Below are positions 9,736-20,104 of a DNA stretch of 64,000 nt, in pieces. The DNA lies in the NCBI GenBank assembly GCA_044229845.1, contig JBGASG010000002.1, positions 608,001 to 672,000 of the forward strand, given 5' to 3'. A program made the translations under genes and the position numbers. Within the stretch, counting starts at the first letter, position 1. Each line of letters starts with the position of its first letter. The DNA comes from Candidatus Obscuribacteraceae bacterium. Lineage in GTDB: Bacteria > Cyanobacteriota > Vampirovibrionia > Obscuribacterales > Obscuribacteraceae. Below the pieces are notes generated by a model. That model made no database searches and had not been told where the DNA came from. It worked only from the letters and a program-made list of their open reading frames with translations.

Positions 9736-10118
9736 CGCTGTCTCCTTCTGGTATCCGGCTAATCGGGGCTTTCCGCACCGGGCGTCCCCTGAGATGAGGC
9801 GCCGGCGGCAGTTTCCCGCCCTAGTCTGATCCACTCAGCAGACAACCATATTGCAAGCCCGCTAAAACGGGCTGATTGCCTGCCCCTCTGCTTTAAATGA
9901 CCTCAGATCTTAGCGCACAAGCGCTTTTCAAACCCCTGAAGCGCGCTAATCAAGCAAGATTCGACCCGCTATGGCTGTCATTGCCCGCGTGCACAAAGTT
10001 TGCACGCCTCAAAAACGGGCACCCGTGGACCTTTGCGGTTTTCACAATTTTTTCACGGTCGCAGGCTTATGCTGGGCTCGTTAGGCAGGACCCTGGGTTG
10101 GTCTCTAGCGGGGCGGAA

Positions 10119-10433
10119 ATGAATCCAATCTCTGATAGGCGGGGTGTACCCGCGCGAGTCTTAGGGTCGCTTCTGGCGCAAGCCAGAGTCATAGCTGACT
10201 ACCAATTTCTGGCTGAGCACTGCGGTGTCACCCGGGAAGAAATAGATGCGGTCACGGACGACGATCAATCTACCACCATATCCGGTGCAGCCTGGGCAGC
10301 GCATCGCACCACATGCGAAACCGCCGACGATGCAAAAGAACTGTTCGGCGCCGCGCTTGGGGCGAACGCACGCGTGCGTTTCCTCGACAGCCTGCGCTCC
10401 GACCTCAGCGATTGCAACTCGGCCATCGCCTAG
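10119..10433 (+). CDS. Hypothetical protein (~104 aa)
   Basis: 3' part of ORF 9897-10433 starting at MNPISDRRG; fills the gap between genes; no motif recognised. Confidence 0.45.
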   Translation: MNPISDRRGVPARVLGSLLAQARVIADYQFLAEHCGVTREEIDAVTDDDQSTTISGAAWAAHRTTCETADDAKELFGAALGANARVRFLDSLRSDLSDCNSAIA

Positions 10434-10440
10434 GCGGCCG

Positions 10441-13400
10441 CTATTCCATTTGTTCGTCTTGCGCAATTTGAATGGACGTGAACGCGTCTTTGATCGCGGT
10501 GTTGATGCGAATCAGCGCTTGCTCGGAAGACTTGCGCACCAGATAGGCATCCTCTTCCAGACGTGAGATCAATTCTTCTTGCAGTTGCTTGGCCCGCTCT
10601 TCCAGACTGGCGACGCTGGCATTCAGTGACTCGTGGATTTCTTGAGCGGCTTCGGAAGTTTTGGCATCCATGCGTTCCAAAACCGACTCACGCTCGTTCA
10701 ATAGATCCGCGTCGCCTTCGATATTGGCGGGGTCGCACAGCACTCGCACCGAGCGGTCCATTTCGGAAATCTGTTCTTCGGTGCGCTGGAATTTCGCCTT
10801 CGCATCCTCAATCGTGTCTTCGACGAAGGCGCGGAAGTCCATGTCGCAGCGGTCGGCATCGAAGCGCTGACGCTCCTCGACCGACTCGCGAATCTTGCTG
10901 GTCTGAACGATGACATCGGAGATTTGCTGTTTCTTGTCGTCCAGAATAGGCGCGAACTCTTCGATGATCTGGGCGGCTTTAGCTTCCAGGTCCGAAATCA
11001 ATTTGCTCTGAAACTCGCTGATCAACGCCCGCAGCGTATCGCGGTGCGTACGCAACTGCGGCGTCAACTGAGTCTGCACCGCATCCAGGCGAGCCGTGAC
11101 GAAATCCAGCTCTGCCGCCTGAATAGATTGTCCAAGTCGGGACAACACATCTTGATTGATGTGGTCGAGTTGTTTGCGGGCGCGGTCGTAGACCTGTCCC
11201 AGCTGGTTGTCCAGGTGTTCGTAGTTATCGCGCAGCGATTCGGCGGTGGACTTACTGCGGTCCTGCACCTGCTCGTTGACGTGCTCGATGATGCCGTCCA
11301 GTGCAAATGAATAGTATTCGTTTGCTTCCGTAAACTGATTGAGCAGCGACTCCATCAGTTGCCGCAAGTCAGCCATGGCTTTGGCACGCTGCGCATCGCT
11401 CGTTTCCTGGAAAGACCGCGCCAGCACTTCCGCTCGCACGCGCACTTCTTCGAACGACTCGTTGAGAGACTCGGTGAGCGACTTGTTTTTCTCATCGACG
11501 GCTTCTTCGCCTTCTTCGACGAAACGCTCGATCGCGTCGCGTCCGACGACAGCCTTCTGTCCTATGTCGACGCGCACATCGTTCATGGCTTGTTGCAGCC
11601 GCTCGGTCAGATAAGTGCGCAGTTCGTTGGTCTTTTCGATGCTGGCTTTTTCCGATTCGCGCACTTTCTCGACGGCAGACGAAAACGCGGAATTCAAAGA
11701 TTCGGAAATCTCTTCCAGCTGCTCTTCCAGCTTCGCGGACGCTTTGGTTGCCTGTTGCTCCAGCTTGGAGACCAGTCCGGCAACGCCGCTCTTCACGTTG
11801 AGCGGGTCTTTGAGGGCGCTGATACGGCTCTCTCCGAGCGGTCCCTCGGCTCTCTTCTTGCGCGGCGGCACGGCGGCGATCGACGACGGCGGCTCGATAC
11901 GCACCGGTTCCGGCACTTCGCGGGGCGGTTCCGGCTCTTCCGGTTCGGCTCCGAATGTGGCCAGAATCGGGTCGATCTTGGGCACGGAGATTTTCACTTG
12001 CGGCGGCGACGGCGGCGCGTCAGCATCGCTGCCTGCGCCCTTCACTTCCACAGGTCGCACCACTGACGGTGGCTCGATGTGCGGCTTTTGAATCTCAGTC
12101 GTAAACTCCGAGACGGGCAGCGGAGGCATGCCGGCATCGGCAGGCGGCGCCGGCGGCAATCCGGATCCCATAAAATCAATAGCCGGCGCGGCAGCCGGTA
12201 TTTCTGGCGCGGGCGCGGCGGTGCTTGTATCTGCAGCCGCAGCAGCTGGCGCCGGGGGCGCAGCGGGCGGTGCCGGTATTGTCGGTGCTGTCGGTGCTGT
12301 CGGTGCAGGTGTTGCCGGTGCAGGCGGTGTCGCCGCCGGTTCCGGTTCGCCGCCGCCGAATATATCTTGTGGCACCGGCGGTGGTGCCGGACCGCCACCA
12401 CCCAGCTTGGCAAGCGAATCCATGCCGGCGAACTTAGGCGGTTGCTGAGTCAAGCTACCCAGTAGTTTGCTGAAGCCGGTCGGTCCGCCGCTGCCGTCTT
12501 GGGCAGCATCACCACCGGGCGCATCCCAGGGCGAGGGTCCGCCGGGGGCAGAACCTGCTTCAGCGGCAGCAGCTGGTGGAGTTGACGGTGCATCGACAGG
12601 TGTTGGTGCCGCTTGCGGTGCGGTTTCCGCCGTATCTGCCGGCGGCGTCGCCGCTGCAGCCGGAGCCGCGCCGGCGTCGGCAGGTTGTTTGGATGGCGGC
12701 ACGGGAATCTTGATGGCCAGGCGACCGGGACGGGTGCTCGGCACCGGCGGTGGTGCGGGAGCTTCGACCGGCGGCGGTGGCGGGGCTGGCGGCACCGGCA
12801 ATTCGCTGGTGGCAGCAGTTGTGGGAGCAGCTGCAGGCGGAGTAGGCACAGACTCGGCAGACGGCATGTCCATTCCACCTTCGAAATCAGGCACTGGCGG
12901 TACACTTGGTTGGGCACCACCGGCGGGTGGCAGATTGCGCGGACCCAGTGAAGCCAGGATACCCGGACGTCCACCACCACCACCGGCGGCGGCAGGCGGT
13001 GTTGGTACGGCTGGCGCTGCCGGAGCTTCGGCAGCCGGCTGCGGCTGCGGTGCTTGCGGCACCGGCATAGACGGAATCTGCGGCATCGGAATTTTGATCT
13101 GGGGCTTCGGCTGGCTGGTGGTGATGGCTTCGCCAGGAGCGCCCGGGTCGGGAGTCTTGTTGTTGAGCGCGGCAGCTTCCGCCGCTTCCACAATCGCGCC
13201 CAGCAGAGCATCCTTGGCGTCGACACCAGGATTACGCTTCTGGAACTTAGCCAGCATCGGCATCGCGTCCATGGTCGCTTCCTGGTCGTCTTCCTTCTCT
13301 TCCAGATCCATATATAGGGCGGCGCGTTCACCGGTATTGGTCTTCGCAGCCGTTGCCACTTCCCCTGTCTCTTGCGCGCCAGCAGAACGTTCGTTGGTCC

Positions 13401-14049
13401 CCTCAAGGGCAACGAACACTTCGCGCATGTCAGGCAGCTTGGTGCCGGCCGGCGGCTCTTTGTCCGAGAAAAGCAAGAAGGCCAGTTGACCCGGATCGAG
13501 CACCGACTCGGTGAAACCCGGATCCATCTGCATGCCCAGCGTCGTTAAAAAAGTCATGACGGGATCGGGCAAATTCAATTGGTTGGCGCTGCGTGAACCT
13601 GAGCCGCCATACCGTGCCATCATCTCAGCCAGGCGCACATCGATCGTGTCGTCAATGTCCTGCTGTCTGCGTCCTACCGCATAGTAGAAGCCACCACCAT
13701 TGGATTTGGCGATTGCTGCCTGCACGGCAAGAAACTGTTCCAGCGGCTGCGTGTCGTACCGATCACCGGAAACATTGATGGCCATCAGCTGACCACCCTC
13801 GCCCTTGAGAATCAAGCACGCCTGCGCGACTTTAAAAGAATCGCCTTCCGAAACACCGATACCGCTGGTGGAGTCACCCCAGGGGCTGTAAATAGGATCG
13901 AGGAAGAAAAGCACATCGCCTGAACGCAGATTCTGCGCGTGGCGGGTCGCCCATACCTCCGGTGTGATGGTCGAAGACGGCTGCCAGTAACGAAGATACT
14001 GGCGCATCGTCTGGAAAGGTAGATTCTGCTGAAAAAGCAGGAAGCTCAT
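10441..14049 (-). CDS. Large hypothetical protein: N-terminal globular region, long Pro/Ala-rich disordered linker, C-terminal ~450-aa coiled-coil/apolipoprotein-like region
   Basis: 1202-aa ORF with clear compositional zones; ATGA overlap with the upstream gene. Confidence 0.8.
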   Translation of the reverse strand: MSFLLFQQNLPFQTMRQYLRYWQPSSTITPEVWATRHAQNLRSGDVLFFLDPIYSPWGDSTSGIGVSEGDSFKVAQACLILKGEGGQLMAINVSGDRYDTQPLEQFLAVQAAIAKSNGGGFYYAVGRRQQDIDDTIDVRLAEMMARYGGSGSRSANQLNLPDPVMTFLTTLGMQMDPGFTESVLDPGQLAFLLFSDKEPPAGTKLPDMREVFVALEGTNERSAGAQETGEVATAAKTNTGERAALYMDLEEKEDDQEATMDAMPMLAKFQKRNPGVDAKDALLGAIVEAAEAAALNNKTPDPGAPGEAITTSQPKPQIKIPMPQIPSMPVPQAPQPQPAAEAPAAPAVPTPPAAAGGGGGRPGILASLGPRNLPPAGGAQPSVPPVPDFEGGMDMPSAESVPTPPAAAPTTAATSELPVPPAPPPPPVEAPAPPPVPSTRPGRLAIKIPVPPSKQPADAGAAPAAAATPPADTAETAPQAAPTPVDAPSTPPAAAAEAGSAPGGPSPWDAPGGDAAQDGSGGPTGFSKLLGSLTQQPPKFAGMDSLAKLGGGGPAPPPVPQDIFGGGEPEPAATPPAPATPAPTAPTAPTIPAPPAAPPAPAAAAADTSTAAPAPEIPAAAPAIDFMGSGLPPAPPADAGMPPLPVSEFTTEIQKPHIEPPSVVRPVEVKGAGSDADAPPSPPQVKISVPKIDPILATFGAEPEEPEPPREVPEPVRIEPPSSIAAVPPRKKRAEGPLGESRISALKDPLNVKSGVAGLVSKLEQQATKASAKLEEQLEEISESLNSAFSSAVEKVRESEKASIEKTNELRTYLTERLQQAMNDVRVDIGQKAVVGRDAIERFVEEGEEAVDEKNKSLTESLNESFEEVRVRAEVLARSFQETSDAQRAKAMADLRQLMESLLNQFTEANEYYSFALDGIIEHVNEQVQDRSKSTAESLRDNYEHLDNQLGQVYDRARKQLDHINQDVLSRLGQSIQAAELDFVTARLDAVQTQLTPQLRTHRDTLRALISEFQSKLISDLEAKAAQIIEEFAPILDDKKQQISDVIVQTSKIRESVEERQRFDADRCDMDFRAFVEDTIEDAKAKFQRTEEQISEMDRSVRVLCDPANIEGDADLLNERESVLERMDAKTSEAAQEIHESLNASVASLEERAKQLQEELISRLEEDAYLVRKSSEQALIRINTAIKDAFTSIQIAQDEQME

Positions 14050-15779
14050 GGGGTACCTTCTCCCTGTCCAGGCGGTCTCTTCTCTGTCCTGGTGACGCGA
14101 ATCTTAGGATTGCGACGCACCTCGCCTTCCGGCTTGGCCTCGGGAGGTTTCTCCTCAGCATCTTTGTCTGCGGCGGCAGCGCTATCATCTCTGTCAGCGG
14201 CAGCAGCGCTATCATCTCTGTCAGCGGCGGCAGCACCCGTGCTGTCGGAATCTTTGTCCTCGTCCGTCAATGCCGAAGCGATTTCCGAAAGCATGCTGCT
14301 CTCGTCGTCACCGGACTTGGCTGCCGCGCCATCGCTGTCTTTGCCGTCTTCCTCGCCCTTCTCGCCACGCGGCAGAGCGATGCGTTTGCTCTTAGCCGGT
14401 ACCGGTGTAGTTTCCAGCTTCAGCGAAGAGTCACTGGCACCGCCACCGGTGCCGGCTTTGAGAATAATATCCAGCGCCATCTGTTTGCGGGCGTTAACCC
14501 GGTCGATAAAGACTGTCGCCAACGCTTCTATAGATGCGATGCGCTCTCCGGAGATCGTCTTGAACTCGGAGGCGGCCCCTTCCTGTGCGGTGGTGATGGC
14601 AGTTTCCGCCTCCGCGCAAATGCTCTTCAGCTCTTCCAGCGTCTTGGTGGCCAGTGAATTCAGTTTCTCACCGAACTTGGACTGTACATCCTCCAGCTCG
14701 TTCCAGATTTCCTGCACCAGGCGTCCGCGCTCGTCATCGAGCTCTTGCCTGAAAGTCTCACCCGATCTGATGCGGCGGGTCAGCTCATCGGTAAATGCCG
14801 TCATGTGCACGGTGCCCGACTTGCGCAAATCTTGTTCACGGTCGGCCAGATGGCTGATTATCGACTCGGCGAGGCTATCCATGTCGCGGCTCAAGTCTTG
14901 CGTTTTCATCGATAGATCGGCCATCGATGACTCGTGCAAGCTCTCCAGATCGGAAGCCGCCCGCACGGATGCATAATCGAATGAGCCGTTGGAATCATCG
15001 AGCGACTGTTTGAAGCTGTGCTGCAGATGCTCTTCGGCATCGTTGGTTTTTTCGGTAGCACCACGCAACAGCCGCTCGAGCACTTGCTTGATCTCAGTTT
15101 GCCCCTCGCGCGAGAAATTGGCGAAGCCCTTGGTGCAGGTGCTCAAGTTTTCGACGATGCGCTCTTCAGCATAGGTGACGCTGGTTTTTACCGAGCTCAA
15201 GTGTGTGAAGTAGGAGCCGAACAGTTTGTTTTTGGCTTCGTTTTCGTCTTCGACCAGCGTATGGAGGTTTTCTTCCACAGCCTTCTGCGATTCATCGACG
15301 GCGACGTTGCCGGTATCTTTGATTTGCTGTGCAGCCGACAAGCCATGGCGCAGCAAATTGGTGTGCACATCGTTGGCTTCCGCATCATGCTGGTCGGTGG
15401 CATCTTTAGATACGTCAGCCAGTCTATGCCCGGAAGAAACTTTCAGGTGATTGACCGACTCGGAAAACTTCTTTGTCAAAAGCACCAGTCCTTCGACAAG
15501 GTTTTTGACGCACTTTTCGTTTTCATGAATTTCCGACGCCACAGCTTTCTCGATACGTTCCAGTCCGCGATCGAGGTAAGCGCGCAGCTCTTCTTCCAGC
15601 TGCGCCGTTTTGTCTTCCAGCAGCTTGCGCGCCGCCGGCTCATCTTGAGTGTGTGTCGTCAGGTGACTTTCGGTAGCCTGTTCAATAGCATTCTTCTGGT
15701 TGACCTCGAGTTCTTCGAGGCGCTTTTCACCAGCGTCGAATATATCTTGAAGGCTCTTACCAGAAACGTTCACTGCCAC
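14046..15779 (-). CDS. Coiled-coil/apolipoprotein-like helical repeat protein with acidic tail
   Basis: 577 aa; helical region rich in E/L/S/A and nearly Pro-free; tail carries AAAADRDDS repeats. Confidence 0.8.
   Translation of the reverse strand: MAVNVSGKSLQDIFDAGEKRLEELEVNQKNAIEQATESHLTTHTQDEPAARKLLEDKTAQLEEELRAYLDRGLERIEKAVASEIHENEKCVKNLVEGLVLLTKKFSESVNHLKVSSGHRLADVSKDATDQHDAEANDVHTNLLRHGLSAAQQIKDTGNVAVDESQKAVEENLHTLVEDENEAKNKLFGSYFTHLSSVKTSVTYAEERIVENLSTCTKGFANFSREGQTEIKQVLERLLRGATEKTNDAEEHLQHSFKQSLDDSNGSFDYASVRAASDLESLHESSMADLSMKTQDLSRDMDSLAESIISHLADREQDLRKSGTVHMTAFTDELTRRIRSGETFRQELDDERGRLVQEIWNELEDVQSKFGEKLNSLATKTLEELKSICAEAETAITTAQEGAASEFKTISGERIASIEALATVFIDRVNARKQMALDIILKAGTGGGASDSSLKLETTPVPAKSKRIALPRGEKGEEDGKDSDGAAAKSGDDESSMLSEIASALTDEDKDSDSTGAAAADRDDSAAAADRDDSAAAADKDAEEKPPEAKPEGEVRRNPKIRVTRTEKRPPGQGEGTP
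14170..14235 (-). repeat. 27-nt coding tandem repeat (AAAADRDDS, ~2.5 copies)
   Basis: gcggc(g/a)gcagcgctatcatctctgtca repeated. Confidence 0.8.
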
Positions 15780-15783
15780 CTCG

Positions 15784-17205
15784 CTAATCCGCCCCGAACG
15801 ACAACATAGCCTTGCGATACGCTACGACCGTGATCTCCGCATCGCGTCCGGCTTTCTCTATCTGTTCGAGCTGCGATTCCAGCTCGGTGCACTGTTTTTG
15901 AAACTCCTTCATCGCCCGCTCTACATCTTTAGCCATCATGCGGCTTTCGCGTTCGAGCAATTCCACGGCACCAGCTTTGGTGCTCTCGATGCGCTGGTTA
16001 AACCCATCGGTCGACTTGACGAAGTCGCTGAGCAAAGTCTCGGAAGCACTGCGCACCGACTCGGTCAATCCGGCGCCCCAGCGCTTCAGGTGCGTGGTCA
16101 ACTGATCGCGCAACTTCTGATCTTTATGCTGGCGAGCAATACCTGTATAACGCAAGTCCGCATTGTGCTCGCTGATATATGTTTCGAGGCGCTTGAGCAG
16201 AGTTTCCAGTTTCTCCAGATATTCGCGTTCGAGCGCTCGCAAAGAAACTTCCAGTTCGCTACGCGTCAAACGAATCTTTTCCTGCGCCTGGTGTGTCAGT
16301 TCGCCCAATTCGTTGCGAGCCTGAGCGCCGACGTTAGCCAGTTTCGTCTCATAAGCTTCGCGCAGCACGGTACTCAAGTTGAGCAGCGAACTGTCGAAGT
16401 TGTCGCAGACTTCGCCGACCTGTTCTTTGAAATTGTCATTGGCGCGATCCAGTGCTTGCAGCGCCGTAGACTTTGCTGCTTTCACGGAATCAAGTCCGAC
16501 TTCGCTCTTCAAATTGAGCTGCTCGATAGTTTCTTCACAGCGCACGCTCAGATCGTCAGCCAGTCCATCGGTCTTGCCGCGCAGTTGTTCCTGGCAATCG
16601 GAGAGCGTGCGCGAAATCTGGCCGCGCGCGGAGTCGGTTTTGTCGACGATGCTGCCGGAGACCTGTCCCAACTTTTCCGCCAGCATGATTTCTGCCTGAT
16701 CTCTGCTGGAATCGATCGATTGACTGCTTTCGTCAAGAAACGTCTTGAGCGCCTTGATCGTCACATCGGAAGCGCTGCGAATCTGGCGCTCCGGTTCTTC
16801 GAGATAGGTGCGCAGTTCGGACATGCGCGTTTCGATCAAAGTGGCTATTTTCGATTCCAGCTCAGAGGAGTGATTGGCCAGCCTAGAACGCACATCGCGA
16901 CCGGATGCAAGTATTGCTTCCACTTCCGCCCGCTCGGCTTCGGAAAGCTCCTTCATGAGCTTCTCTTTGTCGCGCAGCAGATCTTCTAAATTGCTTTTCA
17001 CGCAGTAGTCGAACCGGCGCGACACGGCGCGCAGCTCTTCTTCAAATGATTTACCGAGGCTGTCGCTGAACGTAATTAAGTGCTCGGTGTAAGTCGACAC
17101 CGATTTCTCAAGCTCGACGCTGGCTTTTGCCAATGCCTCGAGCATCTGCTTAGCGGTTGAGTCAAAATTTTCAGCTGATTGTGACTTGCTGGTTGCCATT
17201 GCCAA
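15784..17205 (-). CDS. Coiled-coil/apolipoprotein-like helical repeat protein
   Basis: 473 aa, almost entirely amphipathic helix with one Pro; start may be the ATG at 17199. Confidence 0.8.
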   Translation of the reverse strand: MAMATSKSQSAENFDSTAKQMLEALAKASVELEKSVSTYTEHLITFSDSLGKSFEEELRAVSRRFDYCVKSNLEDLLRDKEKLMKELSEAERAEVEAILASGRDVRSRLANHSSELESKIATLIETRMSELRTYLEEPERQIRSASDVTIKALKTFLDESSQSIDSSRDQAEIMLAEKLGQVSGSIVDKTDSARGQISRTLSDCQEQLRGKTDGLADDLSVRCEETIEQLNLKSEVGLDSVKAAKSTALQALDRANDNFKEQVGEVCDNFDSSLLNLSTVLREAYETKLANVGAQARNELGELTHQAQEKIRLTRSELEVSLRALEREYLEKLETLLKRLETYISEHNADLRYTGIARQHKDQKLRDQLTTHLKRWGAGLTESVRSASETLLSDFVKSTDGFNQRIESTKAGAVELLERESRMMAKDVERAMKEFQKQCTELESQLEQIEKAGRDAEITVVAYRKAMLSFGAD

Positions 17206-17480
17206 AAGCGTCTAAAAACGACCAAAATCCCCAGTCATATAGGTTATGCCCACATCGAACCTCATATCTTATGCAAAATCGCCTAAAACCCGCCAGTAGG
17301 CTAGCCAAGCGGTCGCCGCCTAAATGCGGCTCGCCTGAGAAAACACGCGCCAGTGCTGACAAATGCAGGAAGTCAAGAACCGCTCGAAAAATTCGCGGTT
17401 ATTCCGAATATTAAGCAACCGCGTCTGATAAGGTTTCGCGGTCGCCGATAACGTCAGAGCTCAAGCGATATCGCTTCAGT

Positions 17481-20063
17481 TTATTTGACGCGACCGAGGG
17501 TCGGGCGGCGGCCGGTTTTGGTTGCACCGGTCACTTTTCTTTTGCCGTTTTTGCCGTTTCGTTCGCTTTGTTTGACTCTGGCGCTCGCTTTAGCGCTTGC
17601 CTTGCGGGTTGATGATGGCTTCTTGGTAGATCTTGCGGCGGTTTTGGATTTAGTAGCGGCACTCTTGACCGGCACCGTCTCTTTCCGTCCAGCTTTGGCG
17701 GTGGATTTCGGTTCGGCTTTCTTATCGGCTTTGCTGTCCGCTCTATTGAATGACAGTCTGAAGACCTCATCCAAGTGCGCGACCGGGATTAGCGTCAATT
17801 TTTCAGTGACGTATTGCGGGATGTCCTGCAAATCCTTTTCGTTGCCTTTTGGGAAAAGTACCGTGGTGACGCCGGCGCGCACTGCAGCCAGGACTTTTTC
17901 GCGCAGACCGCCGATGGAGAGCACGCGTCCGCGCAGGGTTACTTCGCCGGTCATGGCCAGACCCGGGCGCACAGCACGCTTGGCGAGCGCCGAGAAAAGC
18001 GCAACCGTAAGTGCAATACCAGCCGAGGGACCATCTTTGGGGATGGCGCCTTCCGGGATGTGTACGTGGATGTCGATGTGTTCCTGGAACGACGGGTCAA
18101 CGCCCAGACGGTCGGCGTGACTGCGTATATAGGTGAGCGCCGCCTGCGCCGATTCCTTCATGACGTCGCCGAGTTGTCCGGTCAACTGCAATTTGCCTTT
18201 GCCGGACATGATGTTGACTTCGATGGAGAGAATTTCGCCGCCGGTCTCGGTCCAGGCCAAGCCGTTGACGATGCCGATACGCGGACCGGGCCCGTGCACT
18301 TCTTCTTCGCGCAAAATCTTCGCCGGTCCCAGATACTTTGGCACCATAATCGGTACCATCTTCACGAGCGTGGAAGGTTCCATAACCACCTGGGTCGCCA
18401 CCTTGCGGCAGACGGTGGCTACTGCGCGTTCCAGCGAACGCACACCCGACTCGCGCGTGTACTCTTGAATGATCTTGCGAATCACATCTTTGGGCACCAC
18501 CAGCTGTTTCTCTTTCAGCCCGTGACGATCCATAGTCTTGGGAATGATGTGCTTCTCGGCAATCGCCACCTTCTCTTCTTCTGTATAACCGGAGAGACGA
18601 ATGATCTCCAGCCGGTCGTGCAGCGGTCGCGGAATATATTCCAGCGAGTTGGCGGTGGCGACGAAGAAAACTTCCTTCAACGAGAACGGTGCATCGACGT
18701 AGTGATCCACGAAATTATCGTTCTGATCCGGGTCGAGCACTTCCAACATGGCGGCGGTCGGATCGCCCATATAACTGCGGGTCATCTTCTCGATTTCATC
18801 GAGCAAAATAACCGGGTTGCGGGTGCCGGCTTGTTTGACAGCCTGCATGATGCGTCCCGGCATGGCACCAATATAGGTGCGGCGGTGTCCGCGAATTTCC
18901 GCTTCGTCGTTGACTCCACCAAGGCTGATGCGCACGAACTCACGGTTCATGGCGCGCGCAATTGATTTGACCAGACTGGTTTTGCCGACGCCGGGCGGAC
19001 CGACCAGGCACAAAATAGTCGCTTGCGGCTGCTTCGAAAGTTTCCGCACCGCCAGATATTCGATAATCCGCTCTTTGACCTTTTCCAGCCCGTGGTGATC
19101 GGCATCGAGAATTTCCTGCGAACGACGCAAGTCGAGAATATCGCGGGAACGCTTCGCCCAGGGCAGTGACACCAGCGTGTCCAGATAAGTGCGGATAACG
19201 GCTGCCTCAGCCGTTTGCGGCATCATTTTCTCGAGGCGGCTCAACTCTTTGTTGGCTTTCTCGAGCGCGATACCGGTGACTTTCGCTTTGGCGATCTTCT
19301 GCCTGTACTCAGCAATTTCGCCGACCGCTTCGCCTTCGGCATTCAGCTCTTCCTGAATGATTCGCATCTTCTCGCGCAAGTAATATTCGCGCTGCGTCTT
19401 CTCTAAATTGAAGCGGACGCGGTCGTGAATTTGCTGTTCGAGAAACGCCAGCTCCAACTCGCGTGAGAGCAGCGATCCTACGTATTCAAGGCGTTCGGCG
19501 CTGTTGATGATCTCGAGGCACCGCTGGCGCTCGGCAACATCAAGTCCAAGATACGTGGCGATGATGTCGGAGAGGCGCCCTGGTTGTCCGATTCCGGAGA
19601 CCGCCAGGAGCGACTCCGGATTGATCTTCTTGGTCGATTTGACGTACTGCTCGAATTTCTCCACCGTCAGGCGAATCAGAGTCTTGGTGTGGTTATCGTC
19701 GGGGACGACTTCGTCCTGTTCGATAACACTAGCCGTTAAGTGAGACTCGCCCTGGTAGAGCGCTTCCACACTGACACGACACGAACCTTCCACCAGCACC
19801 TTGACGGTGCCGTCCGGCAGCTTGAGCATCTGCATTACTTCAGCCAGCGTGCCGATGCGATAGACATCATCAGAGGTCGGCTCTTCCACGTCCGGATCGC
19901 GCTGGGCGACCAGCACGACCAGCTTGTCGTCCCGCAGCAGCGCCTGCTCGAGCGCCGAAATGGACTTGGCCCGGCTGACGAACAGCGGCGTCACCATCTG
20001 CGGAAATACCACCACGTCACGTAGCGGAATCAAAGGGAAAATGGTGTTGCTGATGTCCGCCAT
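17481..20063 (-). CDS. lon: Lon ATP-dependent protease
   Basis: [39 protein letters not shown] (catalytic Ser); basic K/A-rich tail. Confidence 0.98.
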   Translation of the reverse strand: MADISNTIFPLIPLRDVVVFPQMVTPLFVSRAKSISALEQALLRDDKLVVLVAQRDPDVEEPTSDDVYRIGTLAEVMQMLKLPDGTVKVLVEGSCRVSVEALYQGESHLTASVIEQDEVVPDDNHTKTLIRLTVEKFEQYVKSTKKINPESLLAVSGIGQPGRLSDIIATYLGLDVAERQRCLEIINSAERLEYVGSLLSRELELAFLEQQIHDRVRFNLEKTQREYYLREKMRIIQEELNAEGEAVGEIAEYRQKIAKAKVTGIALEKANKELSRLEKMMPQTAEAAVIRTYLDTLVSLPWAKRSRDILDLRRSQEILDADHHGLEKVKERIIEYLAVRKLSKQPQATILCLVGPPGVGKTSLVKSIARAMNREFVRISLGGVNDEAEIRGHRRTYIGAMPGRIMQAVKQAGTRNPVILLDEIEKMTRSYMGDPTAAMLEVLDPDQNDNFVDHYVDAPFSLKEVFFVATANSLEYIPRPLHDRLEIIRLSGYTEEEKVAIAEKHIIPKTMDRHGLKEKQLVVPKDVIRKIIQEYTRESGVRSLERAVATVCRKVATQVVMEPSTLVKMVPIMVPKYLGPAKILREEEVHGPGPRIGIVNGLAWTETGGEILSIEVNIMSGKGKLQLTGQLGDVMKESAQAALTYIRSHADRLGVDPSFQEHIDIHVHIPEGAIPKDGPSAGIALTVALFSALAKRAVRPGLAMTGEVTLRGRVLSIGGLREKVLAAVRAGVTTVLFPKGNEKDLQDIPQYVTEKLTLIPVAHLDEVFRLSFNRADSKADKKAEPKSTAKAGRKETVPVKSAATKSKTAARSTKKPSSTRKASAKASARVKQSERNGKNGKRKVTGATKTGRRPTLGRVK

Positions 20064-20104
20064 GGCAGGAACAAACGCTGAATCAGTAATTGGTGGTCAG
20101 CTCC

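Noticed and set aside
12079..13489. Gly/Ala-rich and Arg/Cys-rich ORFs (e.g. 12467-13489 +, 12079-12465 +, 12450-13412 -)
   Set aside because: Alternative-frame or antisense readings of the Pro/Ala-rich linker of the 1202-aa gene
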